From contig CBDCCP010000002.1 in NCBI GenBank assembly GCA_965214915.1, positions 766,054-830,053 on the forward strand: a stretch of DNA of 64,000 bases. The letters run 5' to 3'. Source of the stretch: Bryobacterales bacterium. GTDB lineage: Bacteria; Acidobacteriota; Terriglobia; Bryobacterales; UBA6623. Positions 28,276-38,136 of the stretch are shown one piece after another. Both the position numbers and the translations under genes were made by a program. Under the pieces are notes generated by a model, which did not search any database, was not told where the DNA came from, and saw only the letters and a program-made list of their open reading frames with translations. The first letter of the stretch is position 1; each line of letters opens with the position of its first letter.

Positions 28276-28529
28276 TTGGGCAGGCCCCGCTCGTCGTAGA
28301 GCAAATCGCCGTGCTCCGCGGCCGAGGGCCCCGGCCTCAACAGCTTGGCGCAGCGCCGCCCTATAGCCAGCAACTCTGCGACGCGCGCATCCGCATCTCG
28401 GCCGCGCTTCTCGCGCTCCAGACGTTGGCGCAAGGCAACGGTGATCGCGCCGGTCATGGTCTCGCCGGTCAAGCGGGCGAGCTCGGCGGCGAGCCGGCAG
28501 GTTTCGACATTCTTGATATTGAGGCCCAT
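28272..28529 (-). CDS. vapB: VapB/FitA-like antitoxin
   Basis: MGLNIKNVETCRLAAELARLTGETMTGAITVALRQRLE is the typical N-terminus of this antitoxin family. Its position is immediately 5' of vapC. Confidence 0.8.
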   Translation of the reverse strand: MGLNIKNVETCRLAAELARLTGETMTGAITVALRQRLEREKRGRDADARVAELLAIGRRCAKLLRPGPSAAEHGDLLYDERGLPK

Positions 28530-28605
28530 TGCCTTTGCCAGGTAGATAGATACATATAGATTATACCCTGCGCCGTGCCGCTTGAGCTTTCCGCCGAACC
28601 CGGCG

Positions 28606-30987
28606 CTATTTTTTCATCAGCCAGACTTCGGCTACCTGCGTGCCGCGCCCGTTGCCGCCGCGGCCGGGTTCGCCGCGCCAGGTCAAGGTCAAGCCGCCGT
28701 CTTCGGTTGCGCTTTCGGGGATGTCGAATTCCATCAACTCGAAAGGGATGGGGCGCTCGAGCAGCCCGTGGACCTCGGCGCCGTCAGCCTCAAGCTCGAT
28801 GCGCACCTGCGGGCTGTCCCCGGCGTAAACGACGCGGACCCGATACTGCGCTTCGGGGTCGAGGCCGCTGTAGCGCAACTGAAGCGGCGCGTCGTTCAAC
28901 GCTTCCGCGTGCCGCCACCAGGCCAGCGGCATGTCCATCCATTCATCGCGGATGGCAAACCCGACGAGCGACGATTCCAGGTGGGCCGGGTCGTTTTCGT
29001 AGCCTTTGCCCCGAACGAGATGCGGCTGGCGGGTCAAATTGCCGAGGTCGTCGTAGAAACCTCCCGGCCCTGGATTGGTGCGATTGAGAATTGCCTCGAT
29101 CACGTCCAGCCGGTCTTGTTCGGAAGCCAGCTTGCGGATACTGGCGAACCGGCCGCTCATCCAGATGCGGTCGTTGAGCGGCATGTCGACGGTGTCGAGG
29201 TTGGCGCCGCGTCCGACGCGGATGGCCTGATAGCGGGGGACGCTGAGTTGCGCGCGGGCGCTTTGGTACAGCGCTTCGGCGAGCTCGAAGACGCGCGCCC
29301 GCCAGTCTTGCGAGACCGGTTGGGCGAGGCCGCGGTCGAGAGCGGCCTGCGCCAAGTCGAGGGCAAGCCGCGAGCCGATGACGGGCGCCCGGCGCAAGTG
29401 GCTCATGGCCTCGTCTTCGAGCGCGGTTTCGTAGAGCAGGCGGCTGCGGTTGTAGGCGTCGTAGTAGGCGCGGTAGAGGCCGTGCTGGAATCGCCAATTC
29501 AGCTTGAGTTGCGGCGAAGCCGTCTTCTCCATCGACTGGAATTGGGCCAGCGTCGTGTAAACGCCTGCGTTCTGCGCCAGCGGCCCCCGCCAGTTCTGTT
29601 CGAGAGCGAGCATGCCCTGCGCCCACGAATCGACATAGTCCGGCCCGATAAAGAACCGCGAATAGTCGTGCAGGATATCGATGACTTTCCGGTCTTGCTC
29701 CCAGCCGAGACCGCTCCAGATGAACTTGTTGACGTCGTCGTGGTTGCCTTCGGAGTAGGTCAGGAAGCCGACCGCGTACTCGTCGAGCAGGCGGTAGATG
29801 CGGGCCTGATCGACCGGGCGGGGGTTGATCACCTCGCGGGCTTCGGTAACGGCGTAGGCGAGGTCCCAGTCGGGAACCGGGTATTGGCAATGCCGGCTGT
29901 GAGTGATGTCGGGGTAGCGCCGAATCGGATACTTCTGCGGAACGCGCCGCCGCAGCTCCGGCAGGCCGACGCGTTGCTGCGGGCCGAAAACGATGCCGCC
30001 CAGCCACTCCGGCTCCTTGTCCATCAAGCCGTAAAACTCTTCCATCCATTCGGCGTTGAAGCTCTGCGGCGACATCCACATTTCGGCGTTCGGGTGGTAT
30101 TTCTTGAGCAGCGCCGTCTGCTGCTCCAGCAGATCGAACAGGTGAACGGGACGGGTGTGACCGGGGTCGCCGCCGGGGACGAACATGTAGTCGATGCGCG
30201 GCAGGCGCTTGTAAACCGTTTCCCATTCCTTGAGCGCAAACTCGATGTCCTTGGGATCGCCGTAGTTTTCGTCCAGGGCGGGATACCAGATCCAGATGTC
30301 CTGGCCGTATTCGTCGCCGATGCGCGACTGCTCGGCCATCATGTCGATCTGCGGCAGCGGGAAATGCGGGCTGTCGGCGTCGTCGTCGGAGCGCGGCGGG
30401 ATGATCTCGATGGCGTTCGCGCCGAAAAGCGCCAACTCGCGGATGTATTGCTCCCACATTTCGACCGTCCAGGCGTCGTAGGAGTTCGTCTTCGGGCGGT
30501 ATCCGAGCTGATGGCCGCGCAGCCCGGTCTCGGGCGTTGTGCTCAGGTTGAGGGGATGCGGCAAGCGGATGACGCCCGCGCGCATTTCGAGCTTGCTCAG
30601 CAGGCGCCCGACCCCGAACAGAACGCCGCGCGGGTCGGCCCCGCCGATGACGACGGCGTTATCGCCGGTGAGGATGACGTAGCCCTCGGCGCCGGGCTTG
30701 TCGGCAGAGTCGAGGCCGCGCGCAAACTCGCCGGCGAACTCCTGCGCTTTGGCGAGGGGTCCCACGGCGATGGCCGGCGCGCCGCCCGCCGGCCACGATT
30801 GACCTACGGGCAGGCGCACGGCGGTGCGCTTCTCGACCTCTTCGACGAGGGACTGGACGGCTTTGTTCTCGGGGCCGTCGAGCGATGCAGGCGTGACCAC
30901 GACGGCTCGCGTCAAGTCCAGAGCCGCGAGCGGCAGGGCAAAGAGAATTACCGGAATCGATTTGGCGGCGGTTTGTCGAATTTTCAC
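28606..30987 (-). CDS. Large secreted protein, putative glycoside hydrolase (GH67N/GH20b-like N-domain plus TIM-barrel-like core); function unverified
   Basis: Signal peptide. N-terminal segment GYVILTGDNAVVIGGADPRGVLFGVGRLL resembles alpha-glucuronidase / GH20b-type N-domains. This is followed by GLRGHQLGYRPKTNSYDAW...FGANAIEIIPP. The gene is embedded in the sulfatase/oxidoreductase cluster. Confidence 0.6.
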   Translation of the reverse strand: MKIRQTAAKSIPVILFALPLAALDLTRAVVVTPASLDGPENKAVQSLVEEVEKRTAVRLPVGQSWPAGGAPAIAVGPLAKAQEFAGEFARGLDSADKPGAEGYVILTGDNAVVIGGADPRGVLFGVGRLLSKLEMRAGVIRLPHPLNLSTTPETGLRGHQLGYRPKTNSYDAWTVEMWEQYIRELALFGANAIEIIPPRSDDDADSPHFPLPQIDMMAEQSRIGDEYGQDIWIWYPALDENYGDPKDIEFALKEWETVYKRLPRIDYMFVPGGDPGHTRPVHLFDLLEQQTALLKKYHPNAEMWMSPQSFNAEWMEEFYGLMDKEPEWLGGIVFGPQQRVGLPELRRRVPQKYPIRRYPDITHSRHCQYPVPDWDLAYAVTEAREVINPRPVDQARIYRLLDEYAVGFLTYSEGNHDDVNKFIWSGLGWEQDRKVIDILHDYSRFFIGPDYVDSWAQGMLALEQNWRGPLAQNAGVYTTLAQFQSMEKTASPQLKLNWRFQHGLYRAYYDAYNRSRLLYETALEDEAMSHLRRAPVIGSRLALDLAQAALDRGLAQPVSQDWRARVFELAEALYQSARAQLSVPRYQAIRVGRGANLDTVDMPLNDRIWMSGRFASIRKLASEQDRLDVIEAILNRTNPGPGGFYDDLGNLTRQPHLVRGKGYENDPAHLESSLVGFAIRDEWMDMPLAWWRHAEALNDAPLQLRYSGLDPEAQYRVRVVYAGDSPQVRIELEADGAEVHGLLERPIPFELMEFDIPESATEDGGLTLTWRGEPGRGGNGRGTQVAEVWLMKK

Positions 30988-31017
30988 GTTGCGTCCTATG
31001 GCGGGCGGGGGAACGGC

Positions 31018-32151
31018 TCATGCCGACTGCATCATTTCATCCCAGGTCACTTCGCGCCGGGCGTCCATGGCCATGCGTCCGAGGATGGCGGTCAGCGTGC
31101 TTTCGGCGCCGCGCACGATCGTGTTTTCGGGTTTGCCTTCGGCGATGCGTTTGACGAAAGTCTCGAGGGCGTCCGTGGTGACGTTGCGGGGAGACGCCTC
31201 CTCGAACGCCTCGTTGCGGCCGATGTAGTGCTTCCAATACTCCGCGGCGGTTTCGATGACGCCCGTCTCGCCGAAGTATTGTTCGTGTACGTGACGATAA
31301 AACGGAGGGGCCAAGGTGGTTCCGATGAGCGCGCCTTGCACGCCGTTCTCGAACAGGAACGAAACGTTGCCGTGATCGCGCATATCGCCGATCTTTCTGG
31401 CGGTCCGGCCGCCGGCGCCGACTGCGGACGCGGGCCGGGCGCCGACGAACCAGTTCATCACGTCGATCAGGTGTATGTTGTTCTCGACGATCAGGTCTCC
31501 TGACAGATCGCTCCAGACGTGCCAGCCGCGAATCTTTTCATCCAGGGTTCTCGGTTCCGGGATCTGCGGCCTTGGGTTCCAACTCGAGTTTTTGATGAAG
31601 TGCAAGTGAACCAGGCGGACGGCGCCGATCGCGCCGGAGTCGAGCAACGCCTTGGCCTTGTGATAGACCTGCCCGTAGCGCCGTTGAAAGCCGATCGTGA
31701 GGTTCAGCTTGCGATCGGCCGAGTCGGCGATCTTCATCATGCGCTTGCAGCCGGCGACATCGGGCATCGCGGGCTTTTCGATGTAAACGTGCTTGCCCGC
31801 CCGGACGGCGGCTTCGAGATGATCCGCATGGAGGAAAACAGGCGTGGCGACGATCACGGCGTCGACGTCCGATGCCAGGACGCTTTCCATGCTGCCGTTC
31901 ATCGCCGGTTTGGCGCCCCGCTCCTCGGCTTCTGCGCGGGCCTGCTGCATGCGCTCGGAACGCAGGTCGCACACCGCGTTGAGCCGGGCGTCCGTATGGC
32001 TGACGAGATCGCGCATCAGGCTGCGGCCGCGGCCGCCGCAACCGATGAGGGCTACGGAAACAGCCGAATTCGCCCGAGTGGATGGCGCGGACGCTGCGGT
32101 CGCGGCCGCTGCCAGCAGCGTTCGCCGGGATAGCTTGCTCTGCATGTTCAT
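31018..32151 (-). CDS. Gfo/Idh/MocA-family oxidoreductase with Tat signal
   Basis: LSRRTLLAAAATAASA leader. Rossmann motif VALIGCGGRGRSL. The EKP motif (YIEKP) is typical of the family. Confidence 0.85.
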   Translation of the reverse strand: MNMQSKLSRRTLLAAAATAASAPSTRANSAVSVALIGCGGRGRSLMRDLVSHTDARLNAVCDLRSERMQQARAEAEERGAKPAMNGSMESVLASDVDAVIVATPVFLHADHLEAAVRAGKHVYIEKPAMPDVAGCKRMMKIADSADRKLNLTIGFQRRYGQVYHKAKALLDSGAIGAVRLVHLHFIKNSSWNPRPQIPEPRTLDEKIRGWHVWSDLSGDLIVENNIHLIDVMNWFVGARPASAVGAGGRTARKIGDMRDHGNVSFLFENGVQGALIGTTLAPPFYRHVHEQYFGETGVIETAAEYWKHYIGRNEAFEEASPRNVTTDALETFVKRIAEGKPENTIVRGAESTLTAILGRMAMDARREVTWDEMMQSA

Positions 32152-32169
32152 CGAGGGGTCTCCCTTGGG

Positions 32170-33216
32170 TTAGTCGATTTCGCCGGACGCCCGCAAGAGG
32201 GTCTCCTGCAAGATCAGTTCATGATCGTAGGAATCCTGCAGCGGGCGGCCTTCCAGGATGGCCGAGGCCAATTCGTTCATATCGCCGATATAGCGCGGCT
32301 GCGGCGGCAACTCGATCTGCTGCCAACCGGCCCGATAGGGTCCGCGCGCTTCTCGCATGAAAACTTTCATGACGGGCGCGGGTTCCATCGGCTGGATGAA
32401 AAACGTGCCGTCCGTGCCGATAACCTCGAAGGAGCGGTGGCCGCCGCTGCCGCCCATCTTGGCGGAGCTGACGAGGATCGCCAACGCTTTTTCGTATTCG
32501 AGCACGGCGAGGGTGTTGTCTTTCAGATCGTCCGGCTCGCTGGTGTCGTGGCGCAGCCAGCGATTGACCTTGCGGGGCTTGCCGAGGAAGGCGACGACGC
32601 GGTCGACGACGTGGCCGCCGAGCTCGAACATCGAGCCGCCGGGATAACGGGCCTCGACCGCCCGCTGCTCGGGGCCGCGGTCGGAATTGATCGTGGCGCG
32701 GATCATGAAGACTTCGCCGAGCCAGCCTGTGCGGTAGGCGTCGAGCGCGGCTTGAACGCCCTTGTGAAAGCGCCACATGTAGCCGAGTTGGATCTTTTTG
32801 CCGCGTTTTCTGGCAAGCTCGACAAGATCGCGGAACGGTTCGAGTTTGTTCGTGGGCGGTTTTTCCAGGTGCAGGTGCTTGTCCGCCTCGATAATTTTCG
32901 TTCCCCAGGGAATGGCGTCGCGGACTTCGCCTTCGAAAACGATGAGGTCGAGCGTGGGGTCGCCGAGCAAGGCGTCCATCGAAACCCACTGCGGAGCACG
33001 GTCCCATTGCCAACTCGCGATGAATGCCTCGCGGGTGGCTCGGTCGGGCTCGCAGAACGAGATGACCTCGTATTTGGGGTTGTCGAACATTGCCTGCAGC
33101 TTTCCCCTGAGGTGGCCGTGCTGCACCCCGAGAATGCCCGTTCGAACCTTGCCCGCGGCGCCGGCGGCCGATGCTGGGAGCGCTGCGGATGCGGCCAGGA
33201 AAGTGCGGCGGGTCAT
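32170..33216 (-). CDS. Gfo/Idh/MocA-family oxidoreductase with Tat-like signal
   Basis: MTRRTFLAASAALPASAAG leader. Rossmann region VRTGILGVQHGH. LEKP motif. Confidence 0.85.
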   Translation of the reverse strand: MTRRTFLAASAALPASAAGAAGKVRTGILGVQHGHLRGKLQAMFDNPKYEVISFCEPDRATREAFIASWQWDRAPQWVSMDALLGDPTLDLIVFEGEVRDAIPWGTKIIEADKHLHLEKPPTNKLEPFRDLVELARKRGKKIQLGYMWRFHKGVQAALDAYRTGWLGEVFMIRATINSDRGPEQRAVEARYPGGSMFELGGHVVDRVVAFLGKPRKVNRWLRHDTSEPDDLKDNTLAVLEYEKALAILVSSAKMGGSGGHRSFEVIGTDGTFFIQPMEPAPVMKVFMREARGPYRAGWQQIELPPQPRYIGDMNELASAILEGRPLQDSYDHELILQETLLRASGEID

Positions 33217-33228
33217 AAACTCCTCCTG

Positions 33229-34152
33229 TCAGCCGGCGATGAGCTGCGACAGATAGGCGGCGCTTTTGCGCACCGCTTCGTCGACGGTCATCACGCCTTC
33301 GAAAGCCTGATGCACGGTGACGTAACCCTCATAGCCGATTGCGTGCAGCGCGGCGAAAACGCTTTCGAACTCGACTCCGCCCTCTTCCCACAAGCCGATG
33401 TGATCGACCTGCACCGGACCGCGCTTCCAGGTGTTGACCGCGGTCTCGCCTGCGGGATTCAAGCGGTGGTTCTGGACATATACGTTGAAAATCCAGGGGC
33501 GCACCTTCTCGATCGCTTCGCGGCCGTAAGGCTCGTCTGCAATCATCCAGTTGGCGGGTTCGTAGATGATGCCGAAGTTCTCCCGATCGATTTTCTTGAG
33601 AACGTCGACGGAGCCGTCGACGGTTTCGAAAATGCTGGCGTCGTGAGCTTGATGGGCAAGGCGGATATTGCGTTCTTGCGCTTCGTCGCAAGAGCGCTGC
33701 GCCCAGGCGATGTCCTCCTCTTTTTTCATGCAGACGCGGATGAGATCGGCTCCGAAGGCCGCGGCCAGATCGAGGTACGGCGTGATATTGCGCAGGCATT
33801 GCGGCCCCTCGTCGTTGTTCATCGGGATAGCGAAATCGCCCGTGACCATCGAGACGGCGAGACCGGCGGCGCGGATCTTGGCGGCGTATTCGCTGACGGT
33901 CTCCTGGGGCGAGTGCGTCCCCGCGGTCGACGCGCGCATGCATAGGGCGCGGTACCCGTTGCTCTTGGCCGTGTCGATCAACTCGTCGATCGTCATCGAC
34001 GATTCTTTCTTGTTGCTGAAGCTCTCGGCGACGCGCACCGACATGGCAAGCTTCATGCGCGGAGGAGAAGGTTCCGGCTCCGGTTCGGGTTGACTGCTGC
34101 AGGCGCCGACTCCGGCGGCGGCGCACAGTCCGAAAAAATGCCGACGATTCAT
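33229..34152 (-). CDS. Sugar phosphate isomerase/epimerase (xylose-isomerase-like TIM barrel), lipoprotein-type signal
   Basis: MNRRHFFGLCAAAGVGAC leader and lipobox. The AP-endonuclease-2/TIM-barrel family pattern runs through the body (GYRALCMR, FGADLIRVC, IRLAHQAHD, NVYVQNH). Confidence 0.8.
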   Translation of the reverse strand: MNRRHFFGLCAAAGVGACSSQPEPEPEPSPPRMKLAMSVRVAESFSNKKESSMTIDELIDTAKSNGYRALCMRASTAGTHSPQETVSEYAAKIRAAGLAVSMVTGDFAIPMNNDEGPQCLRNITPYLDLAAAFGADLIRVCMKKEEDIAWAQRSCDEAQERNIRLAHQAHDASIFETVDGSVDVLKKIDRENFGIIYEPANWMIADEPYGREAIEKVRPWIFNVYVQNHRLNPAGETAVNTWKRGPVQVDHIGLWEEGGVEFESVFAALHAIGYEGYVTVHQAFEGVMTVDEAVRKSAAYLSQLIAG

Positions 34153-34173
34153 AGTCGCTCCTTCATTCCCGTT

Positions 34174-35601
34174 TCAGGCCAGCATTTTGTGGACGACCTT
34201 GCCGGCGACGTCCGTTAACCGGAAGTCGCGGCCCATGTGCCGGTAGGTGAGCCGCTCATGGTCGAGGCCCATCGCGTGCAGAACGGTTGCCTGCAGATCG
34301 TGGATGTGAACGGGGTCTTCGACCGCCCGCAGCGCCAATTCGTCGGTTTGGCCGATGACCTGCCCGCCTGTGATGCCGCCGCCGGCCAGCCACATCGAAA
34401 ACCCGTTCGGATGATGGTCGCGGCCGACCTTGTCCCCGACGTGCTTGAGTTGCCCTAGCGAGGTGCGTCCGAACTCGCCGCCCCAGACGACCAGCGTCTC
34501 GTCCAGCAAACCGCGTTCCTTGAGGTCCTCGATTAGCGCCGTGACCGGGCGGTCGGTGATGTCGCAGTTCTTCTTGAGCCCCTCGTCCAGGTTCGTGTGG
34601 TCGTCCCAGGAAGCATGGATCAGCAACACGATGCGCACGCCCTTTTCGACGAGCCTGCGCGCCAGAAGGCAGTTCGACCCGTAAGCGGCGGTTGGCTCCC
34701 GGCGGGCGCCGTATGCTTCCAGCACGGCTTCCGTCTCGTCGGAAAAATCGAGCAGGTCGGGCGCGGCCGCCTGCATGCGGAAAGCCAATTCGTAGCCGGC
34801 GATGCGGTCGGCGATTTGCCGGTCGCCGGTGAGCTCCAGATTTTCTTCGTTGAGCTTGCGCAGCGTGTCCAGGCTCAGGCGTTGCGCTTGCCGCGTCACT
34901 CCTTTGGGGTTCGACAAGTAAAGGATTGGGTCGCCCGCCTTGCGGAAAGGCACGCCGTTGTAGCTCGACGGTAGAAAACCGCTGGAGAAATTCGAGGCGC
35001 CGCCGCTCGCTCCCCGCCCCGAGCTCAAGACGACGAAACCGGGCAGGTTTTGCGATTCGCTTCCCAATCCGTAGGTCAGCCACGAGCCGATCGTCGGGCG
35101 GCCGACCAGCGGGCTGCCGCTCATCAACAGCGACTGCCCCGGATGATGGTTCACTTGATCGCTCTGCATCGAGCGCACCAGGCAGATATCGTCGGCGATT
35201 GTTTGCAGCCGCGGCAGATAATCGCTGATCGCCATGCCGCTTTGGCCGCATCGCGTGAAACGACGCGGACTCGCCAATACCTTCGCCGTCGGCTTGATGA
35301 ACGCGAGTTGCATTTCCTTGGTCAGCGAAGGCGGCAACGGCCGGCCGTGCCACTTTTCAAGGCCGGGCTTCGGATCGAAAAGATCCATCTGACTCGGCGC
35401 CCCGGCCATGAAAAGGAAGATCAGATTCTTTGCCTTCGGCGCGAAGTGCGGCGGACGGGGGGCGAGTGGATTGTTGCCGACTGCCGCCGACCGCCCTTCG
35501 CGGCCCATCAGGTGCGCCAGCGCGGCCGAGCAGGACCCTGCGGCGCAAGCGTCCAGGAAATGCCGCCTTGTCTGGATGTTCCGGTACTGTTCGAAAGTCA
35601 T
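34174..35601 (-). CDS. DUF1501 domain protein (sulfatase/alkaline-phosphatase-fold, Tat signal)
   Basis: TRRHFLDACAAG leader, KNLIFLFMAGAPSQMDLFDPKP, and C-terminal GRDHHPNGFSMWLAGGG. These are hallmarks of DUF1501. Confidence 0.9.
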   Translation of the reverse strand: MTFEQYRNIQTRRHFLDACAAGSCSAALAHLMGREGRSAAVGNNPLAPRPPHFAPKAKNLIFLFMAGAPSQMDLFDPKPGLEKWHGRPLPPSLTKEMQLAFIKPTAKVLASPRRFTRCGQSGMAISDYLPRLQTIADDICLVRSMQSDQVNHHPGQSLLMSGSPLVGRPTIGSWLTYGLGSESQNLPGFVVLSSGRGASGGASNFSSGFLPSSYNGVPFRKAGDPILYLSNPKGVTRQAQRLSLDTLRKLNEENLELTGDRQIADRIAGYELAFRMQAAAPDLLDFSDETEAVLEAYGARREPTAAYGSNCLLARRLVEKGVRIVLLIHASWDDHTNLDEGLKKNCDITDRPVTALIEDLKERGLLDETLVVWGGEFGRTSLGQLKHVGDKVGRDHHPNGFSMWLAGGGITGGQVIGQTDELALRAVEDPVHIHDLQATVLHAMGLDHERLTYRHMGRDFRLTDVAGKVVHKMLA

Positions 35602-35607
35602 CTTCGG

Positions 35608-38136
35608 TCACTCGCGGGTAAGAAATTCATCGAGATTCAAAAGGATGCGGCCGATGCCGACCCAAGCGGCGGCTTCGCCGGTGTCGATGTCGTCGAGCGC
35701 CGCCGGAAACCATGCTTTCGCCATCTCCGGGTCGGCTTCGAGCAGCTCCTGCTGTTTGACGAAATAGCCCAACATCTCTTCCTGTTCGCTCACGCGGGGC
35801 GCTCGCGCCAAGCAAAGTTTATAGGCATGGTCGAGACGCTGCTCGAACGCGCCGCCCGGGGTTTCAGTCAAAATCCGCAGGGCCAGGCCCTGAGCGATTT
35901 CCCAGAACACCGGATCGTTCAGCAGATTCAGCGCTTGCAGCGGAGTATTCGAGCGCCCGCGCGTGCAGGAGGCGACATTGCGCTCGCCAAGATCGAAGTT
36001 GGCTAGAAACGGGTACGGCGCAGTCCGCTGATAGTGGATGTAAAGGCCGCGGCGGTAGCGGTCGCTGCCCGCGCTCTCGTTCCATTTTACCGAGCCGGCA
36101 TAGGCCAACTCGGCCACGCCGGCCGGCTGCGCAGGCCGAACGCTCCTGCCGCCGACACGGGGATCCAGCAGCCCCGAGACGGCGAGCGCCGTATCCCGCA
36201 GGCTCTCGGCCGGCAGGCGCAAGCGCACCTGGCGGGCGAGCAGACGATTGCCCGGGTCCTTGCCGGCTAACTCCGGACGGGCATTCGACGACTGGCGGTA
36301 CGCAGCCGAGGTAACGATCAGGCGGTGAATGCGCTTCAGGCTCCAACCCGAGTCGATAAGCTCCGACGCCAGCCAATCGAGCAGATCGGGATGGCTGGGC
36401 TTTTCGCCCCGGAAGCCGAAATCGTTCGTCGTCGATACCAAGCCGACGCCGAAGTATTCCTGCCAGATGCGGTTGACCGCGACTCTTGCCGTCAAGGGAT
36501 TCTCGGCCGAGGCGATCCAACGGGCAAGATCGAGCCGCGTCGGCTGTGCGCCCGCGGGCTGCAGAGGCGGCAGCGCCGAAAGCGCTCCGGGGGCAACCGG
36601 CTCGCCGGGCGCGTCCCATTCGCCGCGCTCGTGAACATGGGTCGAGCGGGGTTCCCGCGATACTTCGATGACGCGCGCCCGGCTCACGTCGGGAAACGAA
36701 TCCACGGCGGCGTTCAGTTCCTTGACCGCGTCTCGAAACCCTGTCGCGGCGTACTCTTCCTTGCCGGTCACGCGGCCGTAGTTGCGCAGAAACCACTCCG
36801 TGACAACGTAGTCGTCGCGTTCGTTGCGCTGTTCGGGCGGCGTCCGCAGGATGCGCTGGCCGTTATCGAGATAGAGGCCGATGATGTCCCAACTCGTATC
36901 CCACTGGTGCTCCACGCCGGGGTTGTCGGCGGCCCAGAGCATTTTCGCCTCCCAGGGCCGCTGCAACTCGCGCACTTTGTATTTCGTGTAGATTTCCGCA
37001 ATCTTGGCGTCGAGATCGGGCTTGGCCCGCAGATAAGGTCCGATTTCGCCTTGCAGCGGCGCGTCGATGTTGACTTCGTCCAGCTCGTTGAAAAAGGCGA
37101 AAAGGCGGTAGTAATCGCGCTGGGGGATCGGATCGAACTTGTGGTCGTGGCAGCGCGCGCACTCGACCGACAGCCCCAGCCAGACCGTGGCGCTCGTATT
37201 GGTGCGGTCAACCACTTCCTCGAAGCGGAACTGCTCGATATCGACGCCGCCCTCGCGATTTTTCAAGGTATTGCGGTAGAAACCGGTAGCCACGCGCTGT
37301 TCGACCGCGGCGCGGGGAAGAAGATCTCCGGCTAGCTGCTCGATGGTGAAGCGGTCGAACGGCATGTCGGCGTTGAGCGCATCGATAACCCAGTGCCGGT
37401 AGCGCCACGCATGAGGGCGCGCCAAGTCTTTCTCGTAGCCGTCCGAGTCCGCATAACGCACCTGATCGAGCCAGGGGGCGGCCCAGCGCTCGCCGAAGTG
37501 TTCCGACCGAAGGAGCCGGTCGACCAACGGCTCATAGCCGCCGGCCGTTTCGTCGCCGTGCGCAGCGGGAGGGAGTCCCGTCAAATCCAGAGACACGCGG
37601 CGCCGCAAAGTGTGCGCGGGGGCTTCGGGAGACGGTTGGATGCCTTCGCGCTCCAACCGCGCCAACACGAAAGCGTCGATCGGATTGCGCGGCCAATCCT
37701 TGCGGCGCGCCTCGGGCACGGCCGGCCGGCGGTTGGGACGGAAAGCCCAGTGCCCGCTGCGGGGCCGCGCCGAGATTGCCGCCGAGGACTCCCACTTTGC
37801 GCCTTGGTCGATCCATTCTCGGAACAGTTCGATCTGCTCGCGCGGCAGCGGCCCGCCGGGCGGCATCTGCTGCAAGCCGTCGAGGCTGGCGAGTCGTTTC
37901 ATCAGCAAGCTTTGGGCGCTGCGGCCCGGCTCGATCGCCGCACCGGACTTGCCGCCGTTCATCGCGTCTTCCCGGCGGTCGAGCCTCAGGCCGTTTTGCT
38001 GCAACGCGGGTCCGTGGCACGCCGTGCAGTTCTGCGCGAGGATCGGCGCGATGTCTTTGGCGAAAGACACTTCGTCCTGGGCGGCTGCCGGCGCAGCCGA
38101 AACGAGCAGACACAGCCAGAGCCGGCGGAGATTCAT
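35608..38136 (-). CDS. DUF1549/DUF1553 (PSCyt/PSD1-type) protein with N-terminal cytochrome-c-like motif
   Basis: The start MNLRRLWLCLLVSAAPAAAQ at 38136 is preferred over the long upstream extension. It shows FAKDIAPILAQNCTACHGP, then DUF1549 (NPIDAFVLARLE) and DUF1553 regions. Its ATG overlaps the sulfatase stop (ATGA). Confidence 0.9.
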   Translation of the reverse strand: MNLRRLWLCLLVSAAPAAAQDEVSFAKDIAPILAQNCTACHGPALQQNGLRLDRREDAMNGGKSGAAIEPGRSAQSLLMKRLASLDGLQQMPPGGPLPREQIELFREWIDQGAKWESSAAISARPRSGHWAFRPNRRPAVPEARRKDWPRNPIDAFVLARLEREGIQPSPEAPAHTLRRRVSLDLTGLPPAAHGDETAGGYEPLVDRLLRSEHFGERWAAPWLDQVRYADSDGYEKDLARPHAWRYRHWVIDALNADMPFDRFTIEQLAGDLLPRAAVEQRVATGFYRNTLKNREGGVDIEQFRFEEVVDRTNTSATVWLGLSVECARCHDHKFDPIPQRDYYRLFAFFNELDEVNIDAPLQGEIGPYLRAKPDLDAKIAEIYTKYKVRELQRPWEAKMLWAADNPGVEHQWDTSWDIIGLYLDNGQRILRTPPEQRNERDDYVVTEWFLRNYGRVTGKEEYAATGFRDAVKELNAAVDSFPDVSRARVIEVSREPRSTHVHERGEWDAPGEPVAPGALSALPPLQPAGAQPTRLDLARWIASAENPLTARVAVNRIWQEYFGVGLVSTTNDFGFRGEKPSHPDLLDWLASELIDSGWSLKRIHRLIVTSAAYRQSSNARPELAGKDPGNRLLARQVRLRLPAESLRDTALAVSGLLDPRVGGRSVRPAQPAGVAELAYAGSVKWNESAGSDRYRRGLYIHYQRTAPYPFLANFDLGERNVASCTRGRSNTPLQALNLLNDPVFWEIAQGLALRILTETPGGAFEQRLDHAYKLCLARAPRVSEQEEMLGYFVKQQELLEADPEMAKAWFPAALDDIDTGEAAAWVGIGRILLNLDEFLTRE

